Shown here in pieces: positions 9,201 to 20,132 of a stretch of DNA of 64,000 nt (the stretch's first letter is position 1; each line of letters opens with the position of its first letter). A model generated the notes under the pieces. That model was not told where the DNA came from. It was given only the letters and a program-made list of their open reading frames with translations, and made no database searches. The DNA lies in the NCBI GenBank assembly GCA_963770895.1, contig CAVYRF010000002.1, forward strand, positions 1,088,001 to 1,152,000, in the 5' to 3' direction. The position numbers were made by a program, and so were the translations under genes. Origin of the DNA: an uncultured Acidobacteriota bacterium. Lineage in GTDB: Bacteria; Acidobacteriota; Thermoanaerobaculia; Multivoradales; UBA5704.

Positions 9201-12161
9201 ATGTCTCGCAAACGCATGAAGGCGTTGCACCGGCTGAGCGCCAGCGCCGGCATCGCCGCGGTCCTATTGGTGGCTCTCGCGGCGGCGCTCATCCTGGCGC
9301 CGCAGGCGGGGGCGCAATCCACCGGCGGCACCGTCGGCGGCAAGGTGCAGGACAAGGGCGGCGCCGCGCTGCCCGGCGTCACCGTGACCGCCACCAACAA
9401 CGACACGGGGTTGGAGCGCTCCACCACCACCGGCCCCGAGGGCGCGTTCACCCTGCCGTCGCTGCCGGCCGGCATGTACACCCTCAAGGCCGACCTGTCG
9501 GGTTACGGCAACGTCACCGTCGAAAACGTGCGGGTCGACGTCGCGACCAAGCGCAACCTCGAAGTGACCCTGCCCCAATCGGCCATGCAGGAGGCGATCA
9601 CCGTCGTCGACGAGGCGCCGCTGATCCAGAACACGCCCGCCATCGGCACCGTGGTCAGCCAGCAGGAGCTGGCCAACCTGCCGCTCAACGGCCGCCAGTT
9701 CGCCAACCTGGGCGTGCTCGCGCCGGGCACCACCCTGGGCTACAACTCCGACCCGACCAAGCCCGGACAGCTGGTCATCGAGCTCAACGGCGGCATCGGC
9801 CGCAACGTCAACTACACCGTGGACGGCGGCGACAACACCGACGACACCATCGGCGGCGCGCTGATGAACTTCAGCGTCGAAGACGTGCAGGAGTTCAAGA
9901 TCCAGACCCAGGACTACCAGGCGGAATACGGGCGCTCGACCGGCGGCGTCGTGACGGTCGTCACCAAGTCGGGTGGCAACAAATTCAGCGGCACCGGCTT
10001 CGGCTACTTTCGGCGCACCGGCCTGGACGCCAAGACCGAAACCGAGATCCTGGACAACGCGCCCAAAGAGCAGCTCAGCCGGGATCAATACGGCGGCGCC
10101 GTCGGCGGTCCGATCGTTCCCGACAAGCTGCACTTCTTCGTCAGCTACGAGAAGATCCAGCAGAACACCGAGTACACCGTCAACACCGGCGGCATCGTGC
10201 CGACGGTCGACGGCCAGTCCTTCCCGATTCCGTTCGGCGACCAGCTGGTCAGCGGCAAGCTGACCTGGGACGCGACGCCCAAGGACTACCTGCAGGTGCG
10301 CTACGGCTACCAGAAGAACACCGACATCTACGGCGCCAACCCGCTGGCGGTGCCGTCGTCGCTGGGCACCATCACCAACACCTACAGTTCGCTGCTGGGC
10401 GGCTGGACGCGGCAGATCGGCTCCGATTCGCTCAACGAGCTGATCTTCCAGTACAGCAAGTTCAACAACCTGATCTCCGCCAATTCGACCGCGCCGTCGA
10501 TCTACTACCCCAACGGCGTGACCATCGGCGAGAACATCAACACGCCGCAGACCACCAACCAGACCAAGTATCAATATAAAGACGACTTCAGCTTCTCACG
10601 CACGATCGCCGACCAGCGCCACGACTTCAAGGCGGGTCTGGCCTTCATCAACGAGCCGACGCTGGGCGGCACCTTCACCACCGGCACCAGCGGTCTGTAC
10701 ACGGCGCTCGACAACGAACAGAATTCGCCGATCACCAACATCACCATCTACGGCGGCACCTCCAACAACGCGACGCCGATGAAGGAGTACAGCGGCTACC
10801 TCCAGGACAACTGGTCGTTCAGCAACCGCCTGACGTTCAACGTCGGCGTCCGCTACGACCTGTACCGCGGCTTCGCGCTCAACCAGGAAAGCAACCCCAT
10901 CTGGCAGACGCTGTCCACCCAGACGGCTTACGACTACCCGCTCTTACAGAGCTTCATGGGCGGCAACGGCGGCGTCCTGCCGAACGACAACAAGGACATC
11001 GCGCCGCGCCTGGGCTTCACCTGGGACGTCACGGGCAACGGCCGCCAGCTGCTGCACGGCGGCTGGGGCATCTACTACGACTTCCCGTACACCAACTCCA
11101 CCATCCTGTTCCCGTCGCTCGCCGTGCAGTCGCTCGGCTACGGCGTGGTCTACAGCTACACCGATCCCAACGGCATCAAGAATCCCAACGGCAGCTTCTT
11201 CCAACCCGGCCAGCCGCTGCCGCCCAACCAGCTGCCCGGCGCGTCGATCCCGCCGCCCAACGAAGTGGCCTCGCCGACGTTCAAGACGCCGCGCTCCACC
11301 CAGGCCGACCTGGGCTACTCGTGGCAGGTCAACAACTGGCTCGGGTTCAACTTCGACCTGACGACCATCCACTACACCGACCTGCCGTTCCGCTACCACG
11401 CCAACTTCCTGGATCCCACGACCGGCCAGCCGCTGTTCCCGCAGTACGGCGACTTCCGCCTGTGGGACGGCCAGGGCTTTGCCCAATATAACGGCGGCAA
11501 CATCGGCTTCCACATCAAGGTTCCCGACACCGGCATCACGGTGCAGGGCTTCTACACCAACTCCCATGCCACCGGCATCCCGCTCGCCGGCGCCGACGAG
11601 TTCCGCCTGACCGACATCAACTACCAGCCGGGCCTGCACGACGCCCGCGACGTTTCGGTCGATCCGGCAAACCCGCTCTGCTCCTATTGCAGCGGCCCCC
11701 TCAACACCGACGCCCGCAACCGCGTCACCCTGGGAGTCACCTACCTGGCCCCCTGGGGCATCAACGCCGCCGCCATGTTCCGCTATCACTCGGGGACGCC
11801 TTACATGATCTATACCGATGGCAAGAACGGCACCGCCGTCGGCACCAACTACGGCTTCAACCTGGCCCTGCCGCCAGGCGTCTCGGTCAACGCCGGCCGC
11901 GAAGCCGCCTTCGAACAGCTCGACCTGAGCCTCAGCAAGGACATCCCGGTGTTCAGCCGCGTCAAGGCCCAGGTCGTGGCCCAGGTGTTCAACGTCTTCA
12001 ACGCCCAGAACCCCGCCGCCTACGACGGCCTCATCTACACCCACAACGCCGCCGGCCAGGTGGTCCCCAACCCCGACTTCGGCAAGCCCAGCGAATACGC
12101 CGGAGACCCCCTGCAAGGCGAACAGCGCCTCATCCAGCTGGGCATCCGCCTGCTGTTCTGA
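9201..12161 (+). CDS. TonB-dependent receptor with N-terminal carboxypeptidase-regulatory-like domain (Oar type)
   Basis: Signal peptide, LPGVTVTA, LPLNGRQF, YTVDGGDN, AEYGRSTGG, YLQDNW, APRLGF, terminal Phe; AAGGAG RBS. Confidence 0.93.
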   Translation: MSRKRMKALHRLSASAGIAAVLLVALAAALILAPQAGAQSTGGTVGGKVQDKGGAALPGVTVTATNNDTGLERSTTTGPEGAFTLPSLPAGMYTLKADLSGYGNVTVENVRVDVATKRNLEVTLPQSAMQEAITVVDEAPLIQNTPAIGTVVSQQELANLPLNGRQFANLGVLAPGTTLGYNSDPTKPGQLVIELNGGIGRNVNYTVDGGDNTDDTIGGALMNFSVEDVQEFKIQTQDYQAEYGRSTGGVVTVVTKSGGNKFSGTGFGYFRRTGLDAKTETEILDNAPKEQLSRDQYGGAVGGPIVPDKLHFFVSYEKIQQNTEYTVNTGGIVPTVDGQSFPIPFGDQLVSGKLTWDATPKDYLQVRYGYQKNTDIYGANPLAVPSSLGTITNTYSSLLGGWTRQIGSDSLNELIFQYSKFNNLISANSTAPSIYYPNGVTIGENINTPQTTNQTKYQYKDDFSFSRTIADQRHDFKAGLAFINEPTLGGTFTTGTSGLYTALDNEQNSPITNITIYGGTSNNATPMKEYSGYLQDNWSFSNRLTFNVGVRYDLYRGFALNQESNPIWQTLSTQTAYDYPLLQSFMGGNGGVLPNDNKDIAPRLGFTWDVTGNGRQLLHGGWGIYYDFPYTNSTILFPSLAVQSLGYGVVYSYTDPNGIKNPNGSFFQPGQPLPPNQLPGASIPPPNEVASPTFKTPRSTQADLGYSWQVNNWLGFNFDLTTIHYTDLPFRYHANFLDPTTGQPLFPQYGDFRLWDGQGFAQYNGGNIGFHIKVPDTGITVQGFYTNSHATGIPLAGADEFRLTDINYQPGLHDARDVSVDPANPLCSYCSGPLNTDARNRVTLGVTYLAPWGINAAAMFRYHSGTPYMIYTDGKNGTAVGTNYGFNLALPPGVSVNAGREAAFEQLDLSLSKDIPVFSRVKAQVVAQVFNVFNAQNPAAYDGLIYTHNAAGQVVPNPDFGKPSEYAGDPLQGEQRLIQLGIRLLF

Positions 12162-12334
12162 TCGACCGCCGCCCTTTCGAGGCTGCGTGGGCCGTCCGCT
12201 CACGCAGCCCCTCTCCCTTCCCAAAGCACAGCCCCGGTGTCGCAGGTCCGCCCCATGGCGATTGCGGCCGTTTTCTTGCATGATGGACGCGGCGGTCGCC
12301 GCGGCGAGGCCGTCTTGCGGACGAAGGAGCACGC

Positions 12335-12757
12335 TTGAACCTGCGCACCATTCTCGTCGTCGTGGCCCTGACCACGATCCTGTCGCTGGCGCTGGCCGCG
12401 GCGGTGCTATACCTGGCATACCGCAAGCTGCGGCACATCCGGATCGCGGCCGACTCGGACTTCTTCACCACGGTGCGGGCGGTGCCGCTGTCGCTGGTGA
12501 TCGGATTGGACCTGCTGGACCTGGGGCTGGACGTGTTCTCGACGCCGCTGACCTGGTTGATCCTGGATCGCCTGGGCCTCAAGGCGCTGCGCAACGTGGC
12601 CACGGTCAAGGCGCTGATCCCGATCGGCGACATGATCCCAGCGCTGACGCTGGCATGGCTGGCCGCCCGCCTGTTCAAGCTCGGCCGGCCCTACGACCCG
12701 CACCTCATCGAAACCCAGCGCACCGGCCCGGACAGCTACGTGCCGCGCCTTCCCTGA
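12335..12757 (+). CDS. Small membrane hypothetical protein
   Basis: AAGGAG RBS before TTG; hydrophobic segments; fills the gap between the receptor and ftsZ. Confidence 0.7.
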   Translation: MNLRTILVVVALTTILSLALAAAVLYLAYRKLRHIRIAADSDFFTTVRAVPLSLVIGLDLLDLGLDVFSTPLTWLILDRLGLKALRNVATVKALIPIGDMIPALTLAWLAARLFKLGRPYDPHLIETQRTGPDSYVPRLP

Positions 12758-12775
12758 GCGGAGTAAACGGCGCGG

Positions 12776-14071
12776 CTAGTCCATCTGCTTCCTCAGCACG
12801 GTCGGAATGTCGTAGTCGTCCACGTTGGACCAGTTGGGGCCGAAGCCGTTGGGGTCTTCGGGGCGGGCGTGGGCGATGGCCTTGCGGTAGAAGGGGACGT
12901 CGGCGGCCGAAACCTCCGGCTCTTCGCGCGGGCCGGCGGCCGGGGCCGCGGCGACGGGCGGCAGCGGGGCGCGCAGGGGGATGGACCCGGCGGCACCGTT
13001 GACCGAGGGACTGGCGCCGGCGGCGCCGGCGGACAGGCTGGAGAAGGTCTGGCGCGGACGCTCGCCGGCCAGGCGGTCGAAGCCGGTGGCGATGACGGTG
13101 ACCTTCATGGCTTCTTCCAGGCCGGGATCGATGACCATGCCCGAGATGATGTTGGCGTCGGGATCGACGGCGTCGGAGATGATGCGCGCCGCTTCGGCCA
13201 CTTCGTGCAGGGTGAGGTCGTGGCCGCCCGAGATGTTGATCAGGACGCCGCGGGCTCCCTGGATGGAGGTTTCTTCCAGCAGCGGCGAGGAGATGGCGCG
13301 CTGCGCCGCCTCCAGGGCGCGATGCTCGCCCTTGGCGACGCCGGTGCCCATCAGGGCCATGCCCATGCCGGTCATGATGGTGCGCACGTCGGCAAAGTCG
13401 ACGTTGATTTCACCGGGGATGGTGATCAGGTCGCTGATGCCCTGCACCGCCTGGCGCAGCACGTCGTCGGCGATGCGGAAGGCTTCGGCCAGCGGGGTGC
13501 CGCGCTCGACAAAGTTGAGCAGCCGCTCGTTGGGGATGGTGATCAGCGTGTCGACCGCGCCGCGCAGCTCTTCGACGCCGCGTTCGGCCAGCTGCAGCCG
13601 CCGGCGGCCTTCGAAGCCGAAGGGCTTGGTGACCACGGCGACGGTCAAGGCGCCGATTTCCGCCGCCAGCGAGGCGATGATCGGCGCCGCGCCGGTGCCG
13701 GTGCCGCCGCCCAGGCCGGCGGTCAGGAACACCATGTCGGCGCCCTCCAGCATCTCCAGGATGCGCTCGGTGTCTTCGAGCGCCGCCTTGCGGCCGACTT
13801 CCGGGTCGGCGCCGGCCCCCAGCCCCTTGGTGAGCAGGCCGCCGATCTGCAGCTTGTTGGGCGCGCGGCACTTGTGCAGCGCCTGCAGGTCGGTGTTGGC
13901 ACAGATGAACTCGACGCCGCGCAGCTGGGCGTCAATCATGCGGTTGACCGCATTGCCGCCGCCGCCGCCGACGCCGATCACTTTGATGCGTGCGGGCAGG
14001 GACTCGGCTTCCGCCACCATCATCGGCGCCTCCTTTTCCTCGCGAGGTTGCTGGTCGTCGAATAGAATCAT
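12776..14071 (-). CDS. ftsZ: Cell division GTPase FtsZ
   Basis: [31 protein letters not shown]-terminal DIPTVLRK. Confidence 0.98.
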   Translation of the reverse strand: MILFDDQQPREEKEAPMMVAEAESLPARIKVIGVGGGGGNAVNRMIDAQLRGVEFICANTDLQALHKCRAPNKLQIGGLLTKGLGAGADPEVGRKAALEDTERILEMLEGADMVFLTAGLGGGTGTGAAPIIASLAAEIGALTVAVVTKPFGFEGRRRLQLAERGVEELRGAVDTLITIPNERLLNFVERGTPLAEAFRIADDVLRQAVQGISDLITIPGEINVDFADVRTIMTGMGMALMGTGVAKGEHRALEAAQRAISSPLLEETSIQGARGVLINISGGHDLTLHEVAEAARIISDAVDPDANIISGMVIDPGLEEAMKVTVIATGFDRLAGERPRQTFSSLSAGAAGASPSVNGAAGSIPLRAPLPPVAAAPAAGPREEPEVSAADVPFYRKAIAHARPEDPNGFGPNWSNVDDYDIPTVLRKQMD

Positions 14072-14105
14072 GAAACACCCCCTTTTGGGTTGAAGCGGGC
14101 CGATG

Positions 14106-15347
14106 CTACAGCAGGTCCGAGAACATCCCGCGCAAGCTGCCGACCACGCCGCGCACGCTGAAGCCCGACCGTTTCTTTTGCACCTTGCCCTGGCTTTCCT
14201 CGGCGCTCAAGGCGTACAGCAAGAGTCCGGAGGCCGTGGACCAGGTGGGGCTGCTGATGACGTCCACCAGGCCCCCCAAACCGCGCGGTAGACCGTACCG
14301 CACTCCGGCGTCAAACACCTGCTCGGCCATCTCCAGCAGGCCGTCGAGCTGCGCGCCGCCGCCGGTCAGCACGACGCCGCCGCGCAGCCCTTCGTCGGAG
14401 GCGTGCTTGCGCAGGTCGTCGCGCAGCAGGTTGAACAGCTCCTCGGCGCGCGGCTGCAGGATCTCGCACAGCTCCCGTTTGGGTACTACGCGCGAGCCGC
14501 CGCCGGCGACGGTCGGCACCGAGATGCCGTCTTCCTCCGTGACCATGCTCGGCAGGCAGCAGCCCTGCTTGACCTTGATGCGCTCGGCTTCGGCGAACGG
14601 CGTGCGCAGCACCATCGCCAGGTCGTTGGTGAAGTGGCCGGCGCCGATCGGCGCCACGGCGCTGTACTGGATCTCGCCTTCGCAGAAGAGCGCGTACTCG
14701 GTGGTGCCGGCGCCGATGTCGACCAGCAGCACGCCCAGCTCGCGCTCGTCGGCCGACAGCGCCGCTTCGGCGGTGGCGAGCGGCTCGAACACCATCTCCA
14801 CGACTTCGATGCCGGCGCGGTTGACGCAGGTCAGCAGCGTGCGCGAGCGGGTGATGTTGCCGGTCACCAGGTGCACCATGACTTCCAGCCGGGTGCCCAG
14901 CATGCCGAGCGGATCGTCGATGCCCCCCTGCTCGTCGACGATGAATTCCTGCGGCACGGCGTGCAGGATCTCGCGGTCGGAGGGGAGAGCCGCCGACTGC
15001 GCCGCGTCGAGCACCCGCTGGATGTCCTGGCGGGTGATCTCGCGATCCTTGCGCGACACCGAGACCATGCCGCGGGAGTTGACGCTGCGGATGTCGGCGC
15101 CGGCCACCCCCACGTAGGCGCGGGAGATCTCGACCCCCGCCATCACCTCGGCCTCCTCGCTCGCCTGCTTGAGCGCTTCGACGGTGGCTTCGACGTTGAC
15201 GATGTTGCCTTTGCGCGTGCCGCGGTTGGGGGCGAGCCCGCGCCCCACCACCTCCATGCTGCCCTTGGCGTCACGCTGCCCGATGAGCACCCCGACTTTC
15301 GAGGAGCCGATGTCGATACCGACGAAGTAAGGTTCTGGTTTGGCCAT
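14106..15347 (-). CDS. ftsA: Cell division protein FtsA
   Basis: [25 protein letters not shown]; GGAG RBS before the ATG at 15347. Confidence 0.97.
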   Translation of the reverse strand: MAKPEPYFVGIDIGSSKVGVLIGQRDAKGSMEVVGRGLAPNRGTRKGNIVNVEATVEALKQASEEAEVMAGVEISRAYVGVAGADIRSVNSRGMVSVSRKDREITRQDIQRVLDAAQSAALPSDREILHAVPQEFIVDEQGGIDDPLGMLGTRLEVMVHLVTGNITRSRTLLTCVNRAGIEVVEMVFEPLATAEAALSADERELGVLLVDIGAGTTEYALFCEGEIQYSAVAPIGAGHFTNDLAMVLRTPFAEAERIKVKQGCCLPSMVTEEDGISVPTVAGGGSRVVPKRELCEILQPRAEELFNLLRDDLRKHASDEGLRGGVVLTGGGAQLDGLLEMAEQVFDAGVRYGLPRGLGGLVDVISSPTWSTASGLLLYALSAEESQGKVQKKRSGFSVRGVVGSLRGMFSDLL

Positions 15348-15369
15348 GTCTCGAACTCCTCCCCAAGTT

Positions 15370-16488
15370 CTAGGCCCCGGCGCCCGGAGCTGGCGGCGGC
15401 TGCTGCGGCACAATCGCCGCAGGCGCCGGTTGCACTACGATACGGCGTGAAAAGCGCAGATCCACCCCCGCAAGCGCGGCATAGCGGCGCGTCAGCTCGG
15501 GCAGCAGCTGCTCAAAACGCGACAGGTTCTCCGCCAGGCGGCTGCCCCGCACCAGCAGCGGGCAGGGCAGGCCATCGATGCGCAGGCGGTAGTCTTCCTC
15601 GTCGATGACGTCGATCTGCGACAGGGCCGGCGTCCAGTCGGGACGCAGGCGGCGCAGCTGGTCGGCCAGGCGCAGCGCCCCGGCGATGCCGCGCTCGTCG
15701 GCCAGCGCCGCGCCGCCGGCAGCCGTCAGACCCAACGCCGGCAGGCCAGCGGCCGCGCTACTGCCGCCACTGCCGGCATCCGCGCCCCCGCCGCCGGAAG
15801 TCTGCTGCCGCGCCCCGAAGGCGTAGGCGGCAAAGCTCACCAGCAGCAGCCCGCGGCGGCGCGCATCGGCTTCTTCGGCCGCCGACGCCACCGGCGCGAT
15901 CGGATGGCCGGCGGCATCGGCGAACAGCAGCCGGCCGTCGCTGCGCAGCAGCACCGCCGGCTGGCGCTCGGCAATCGTCACCACCAGGTGGTCGGGCAGC
16001 TGCTTGGCAAGGTCGGCGGTGGCGATCCAGGGATTGCCGGCCAGGCGCTGCCGCACCTCGGCGAGCGGCAGGCGCAGCAGGTTCCGCCCGGACAGCGGCG
16101 CCAGCGCCGCCGTCACCCAGGCGTCGCCCACCCGCGGCGCGCCGCTGCCCGGCATCAGCGCCGGCGCCGGCGCCGGCCGGTGGCGCACCGTGATGCCGCG
16201 CAGCTGAAAGCGGCGCGAAGCCAGCAGCCAGCTGCCGAACGAAAGCGGCAGCGCCACCGTCAGCACCGCCAGGCCCAGCGGCTTGATCAGCACCAGGGCC
16301 AGGCTGCGGCGGCGGCGCCGCGGCGGCACCGCGCGGCGGCGGAAATCGAGCACGCGGGCGCCGCCCGCCGGCGCCGCCAGGGCGGCCGCGGACACCCCGC
16401 CGCCGGCCATCGCCCCGGCCGCCAGGGCGTCGGCGTCGCCGAAGTCGGCGGCGGCATCGTCGCCGGGCGGCAGCCAGGCGGTGCTCAT
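15370..16488 (-). CDS. ftsQ: Cell division protein FtsQ/DivIB
   Basis: Single TM, POTRA-like GRNLLRL..PWI..LPDHLVVTIAERQP, C-terminal VDLRF; sits upstream of ftsA. Confidence 0.88.
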   Translation of the reverse strand: MSTAWLPPGDDAAADFGDADALAAGAMAGGGVSAAALAAPAGGARVLDFRRRAVPPRRRRRSLALVLIKPLGLAVLTVALPLSFGSWLLASRRFQLRGITVRHRPAPAPALMPGSGAPRVGDAWVTAALAPLSGRNLLRLPLAEVRQRLAGNPWIATADLAKQLPDHLVVTIAERQPAVLLRSDGRLLFADAAGHPIAPVASAAEEADARRRGLLLVSFAAYAFGARQQTSGGGGADAGSGGSSAAAGLPALGLTAAGGAALADERGIAGALRLADQLRRLRPDWTPALSQIDVIDEEDYRLRIDGLPCPLLVRGSRLAENLSRFEQLLPELTRRYAALAGVDLRFSRRIVVQPAPAAIVPQQPPPAPGAGA

Positions 16489-17879
16489 GACGGCGGGCCC
16501 TCCGCGGTCAGCTGGCTGGCCAGACGGTTGACGTCGCCGGCGCCCAGGGTCAGCACCACGTCGCCCGGCGCCAGCTCGGCGGCGAGCAGCGGCGCCGCGT
16601 CGCGCCAGTCGGCGCAATAGACGACGTTGCGGTGGCCACTGCGGCGCGCCGCGTCGACCACCAGCTCGCCGGTGACGCCGTCGATCGGCGCCTCCCGCGA
16701 CGGATAGACGTCGGTCACCACCGCGCGGTCCGCTCCCAGCAGGGCGTTGCCGAACTCCTCGGCAAGGTCGCGGGTGCGCGAAAACAGGTGCGGCTGAAAG
16801 ACCGCGTGCAGGCGCGCCTTGGGGAAGCTCTGGCGCGCCGCGTCGAGCGTCGCCGCCACCTCGGTGGGGTGGTGTGCGTAGTCGTCCACCACCACGGCGC
16901 CGCGCCAGCTCCCCATCGGCTCGAAGCGGCGGTGCACGCCGCGGAAGCCGGCCAGGGCGGCGGCGATGTCGTCCCAGCCGATGCGCAGGGTGAGGGCGAC
17001 CCCCACCGCCGCCAGGGCGTTGAGCACGTTGTGGCGGCCCGGCATCGGCAGCTCGATGTCGCCCAACATGCCACCGCGCAGGCTGCGCACCGAAAAGCGG
17101 CTGCCCCAGGCCAGCGGCACGATGTCCACCGCCGACAGCTCGGCCTGCGGCGACAGCCCGTAGGTGACGATGCGGCGGTCGGCCAGGCGCGGCAGGATGC
17201 GGCGCACATGGGGGTCGTCCAGGCAGACGATGACGCGGCCGAAGAACGGCACCCGGCTGGCGAAGCTGACGAACGCGTCTTCGATTTCGTCCAGGTCGCG
17301 ATAGGTGTCCAGGTGGTCGCGGTCGATGGTCGTCACCACCGCGATGACCGGCGTCAGGCGCAGGAAGCTGCGGTCGAACTCGTCGGCCTCCGCCACCAGG
17401 TACTGGCTGCGGCCCAGCCGCGCGCCGGTGCCGGACAGCCGCAGGCGGCCGCCGACGATGACCGTCGGGTCCAGCTTCGCCTCGGTGAGCACGGTGCCGA
17501 CCAGCGAGGTGGTGGTGGTCTTGCCGTGGGTGCCGGCCACCGCGATGCCGTATTTGAGGCGCATCAGCTCGCCCAGCATCTCCGCCCGCCGCACCACCGG
17601 GATGCCGCGCCGCCGCGCCTCCTGCACCTCGGGGTTGGCGTCCGCCACCGCCGACGAGATCACCACCAGCTCGACGTTCTCCAGGTGATCGGCGGAATGC
17701 CCCTGGCTGATCGAGGCGCCCAGCTGGCGCAGCCGGTCGGTCACCTCGGAAGACGCCTGGTCGCAGCCGCTCACCGCCAGCTCGTACTCCAGCAGGATCT
17801 CGGCGATGCCGCTCATGCCGGCGCCGCCGATGCCCACGAAGTGGATGCGCGACAGGTCGGTGAACTCGGTGAAGATCAC
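16485..17879 (-). CDS. murC: UDP-N-acetylmuramate--L-alanine ligase
   Basis: HFVGIGGAGMSGIA, AGTHGKTTTT, EADEFD, DDYAHHPTE. Confidence 0.98.
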   Translation of the reverse strand: MIFTEFTDLSRIHFVGIGGAGMSGIAEILLEYELAVSGCDQASSEVTDRLRQLGASISQGHSADHLENVELVVISSAVADANPEVQEARRRGIPVVRRAEMLGELMRLKYGIAVAGTHGKTTTTSLVGTVLTEAKLDPTVIVGGRLRLSGTGARLGRSQYLVAEADEFDRSFLRLTPVIAVVTTIDRDHLDTYRDLDEIEDAFVSFASRVPFFGRVIVCLDDPHVRRILPRLADRRIVTYGLSPQAELSAVDIVPLAWGSRFSVRSLRGGMLGDIELPMPGRHNVLNALAAVGVALTLRIGWDDIAAALAGFRGVHRRFEPMGSWRGAVVVDDYAHHPTEVAATLDAARQSFPKARLHAVFQPHLFSRTRDLAEEFGNALLGADRAVVTDVYPSREAPIDGVTGELVVDAARRSGHRNVVYCADWRDAAPLLAAELAPGDVVLTLGAGDVNRLASQLTAEGPPS

Positions 17880-19030
17880 GCCCGCCGTCCCTCCAGCGCT
17901 TCGAGGCGCGCCGCGATCGCCGCCGCGGCGCCCGGCCGCGCCAGGGCGCGCGCCGCCTTGCCCATCGCCACCAGCCGGTCGGCGTCGCCCAACAGCGCGC
18001 CCAGCCGCGCCGCCAGCGGCTCGGCGGCCAGGTCGGCCGCCGCCAGCACCTCGGCGCCGCCGGCCGCCGCCAGCACCTGCGCGTTGTCCTGCTGGTGCCC
18101 GGCGGCGATCGCCAGCGGCGCCAGCAGCGCGCCGCGCCCGGCGGCGCAGATCTCGGCCATGGTGATGGCGCCGGCGCGCGACACCACCAGGTGGGCGGCG
18201 GCCATCGATCCCGCCACGTCGTCCAGGAACGGCACCACCTCCGCCCGTGCCGCCGGCACGCCGGCGCCGGCGTAGGCCTGGCGGGTTTCGTCCAGGTGGC
18301 GCGCCCCTGCCTGATGGACGACGCGCAGACCCGGCAGCGGCCCCTCCAGCAGGCGCGCCACCGCCGGCGGCAGCGCCAGGTTGAGCTGGCGGGCGCCCTG
18401 GCTGCCGCCCAACACCAGCAGCAGCCGGTCGCCGGCGTTCCCCGGCTGCGGCGCCGGCGGCGCCACGTCGAAGAAGGCGCGCCGCACCGGCACGCCGGTC
18501 ACCGTGGCCGGGCAGCGCAGGTCGCGCTCCGTCGCCTGGTAGGCGACCGCCGCTTCGGCGGCGCAGCGCGACAGCCAGCGGTTGGCGACGCCGGCGCGGG
18601 CGTTGGGTTCCAGCAGCATCACCGGCCGGCCGGCCAGGCGCCCGCCCACCACCGCCGGCGCCGAGACGTAGCCGCCGGTGCCCAGCACCACGGTCGCCCC
18701 CAGCCGCCGCACCAGCGCCGCCGCCGACAGCGCCGACAGCGCCAGGGTGGCGAGCGCCAGGGCGCGCGCCAGCGGTCCGCGGCCGAGCAGCGGGCGCGCC
18801 GCCAGGGGGTGGAACGGAATGCCGTGCTGTCCCGCCAGGCGCGCCTCGATGCCCGCGGCCGCACCGGCGAAGCTCACCTGCCAGCCGCGCGCCGCCAGCT
18901 CGTCGGCCACCGCCAGCGCCGGAAACACGTGGCCGCCGGTGCCGCCGCCGGCCAGCAGCGCGTGACGCCGCGACCGGAGCGGCGGCTTGCTCGTCGTGCT
19001 GGCGGTGCTCGTCGTGCTCGTCGTGTTCAT
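17876..19030 (-). CDS. murG: Lipid II GlcNAc transferase
   Basis: GGGTGGHVFPA, GTGGYVS, GGSQGA, SRAGA, HQQDNA. Confidence 0.97.
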   Translation of the reverse strand: MNTTSTTSTASTTSKPPLRSRRHALLAGGGTGGHVFPALAVADELAARGWQVSFAGAAAGIEARLAGQHGIPFHPLAARPLLGRGPLARALALATLALSALSAAALVRRLGATVVLGTGGYVSAPAVVGGRLAGRPVMLLEPNARAGVANRWLSRCAAEAAVAYQATERDLRCPATVTGVPVRRAFFDVAPPAPQPGNAGDRLLLVLGGSQGARQLNLALPPAVARLLEGPLPGLRVVHQAGARHLDETRQAYAGAGVPAARAEVVPFLDDVAGSMAAAHLVVSRAGAITMAEICAAGRGALLAPLAIAAGHQQDNAQVLAAAGGAEVLAAADLAAEPLAARLGALLGDADRLVAMGKAARALARPGAAAAIAARLEALEGRRA

Positions 19031-19046
19031 CGGGGGCTCGTTCCCA

Positions 19047-20132
19047 TCACCCGTGCTGCGACACGTTGAGCAGCACGCCGCAGGCGCACAGCGTGACCAC
19101 CAGCGACGATCCGCCGTAGGAGATGAACGGCAGCGGGATGCCCTTGGTGGGCAGCAGCGCCACGGTGACGCTGACGTTGAGCAGCGCCTGGATCGCCACC
19201 ACGCCGGTGAAGCCCCACCCCAGGTAGCGGCCGAACAGGTCCGGCGCCTTGGCGCCGGCGCGCAGGCCGCGCCAGGCGAACACCGCGAAGGTGAGCACCA
19301 GGGCCACGGCGCCGATCATCCCCAGCTCCTCGGCGACGATCGAGAAGATGAAGTCCGATTCCGGATGGGGCAGGAAGTAGAGCTTCTGCAGGCTCTTGCC
19401 GGGACCCAGGCCGAGCACCCCTCCCGAGCCCACCGCGATCAGCGACTGCAGCGCCTGAAAGCCGCTGCCGAGCGGCGCCTTCTCGGGGTCCAGGAAGGTG
19501 AAGAAGCGCTCGCGCCGGTACGGCTCGGCCATCACCAGCCCCCACAGCAGCGGCGGCACCAGGGCGATGGCGCCCACCACCCAGTGCCACGACAGGCCGG
19601 CCAGGAAGACCAGCAGCAGCGCCGTCGCCCCGAGCAGCACCGCCGTGCCCATGTCGGGCTCCAGCAGGATGAGGCCCGCCACCAGCGCCGTGCCCAGCAG
19701 CACCGGCGCCAGCAGCGACAGGTGATTGACCTCGCCCGCCCGCTTGTCGATCTGGTAGGCCAGAAAGGGGATCAGCGCCAGCTTGGCCAGCTCGGACGGC
19801 TGCAGCGACAGGCCGGCCAGGAAGAACCACCGGCGCGTGCCGTTGAGCTGCGGCGAAAACAGCACCCCCACCAGCAGCAGCACCGCGACGCCCAGCAAGG
19901 TGTAGACCACCTGCGGCGAGCGCAGGCGCCGGTAGTCGAAGTGCATGAACCAGATCATCAACGCCAGCCCCAGCACGGCGGAGATCGCCTGCTTGATCAG
20001 GAACGAATTGACCAGCGGCGACCGTTCGCGCACGATCGCGGCGCTCGCCGAATACACCATCACCAGGCCGAAGAAGATCAGCAGCACGACGGTGGTGAAG
20101 AGCACCCGGTCAAACGCCAGTTTTTTCGCCAT
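19047..20132 (-). CDS. ftsW: SEDS peptidoglycan glycosyltransferase FtsW
   Basis: LQPSELAK, EPDMGT, SDFIFS, LPFISYGGSS. Confidence 0.97.
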   Translation of the reverse strand: MAKKLAFDRVLFTTVVLLIFFGLVMVYSASAAIVRERSPLVNSFLIKQAISAVLGLALMIWFMHFDYRRLRSPQVVYTLLGVAVLLLVGVLFSPQLNGTRRWFFLAGLSLQPSELAKLALIPFLAYQIDKRAGEVNHLSLLAPVLLGTALVAGLILLEPDMGTAVLLGATALLLVFLAGLSWHWVVGAIALVPPLLWGLVMAEPYRRERFFTFLDPEKAPLGSGFQALQSLIAVGSGGVLGLGPGKSLQKLYFLPHPESDFIFSIVAEELGMIGAVALVLTFAVFAWRGLRAGAKAPDLFGRYLGWGFTGVVAIQALLNVSVTVALLPTKGIPLPFISYGGSSLVVTLCACGVLLNVSQHG

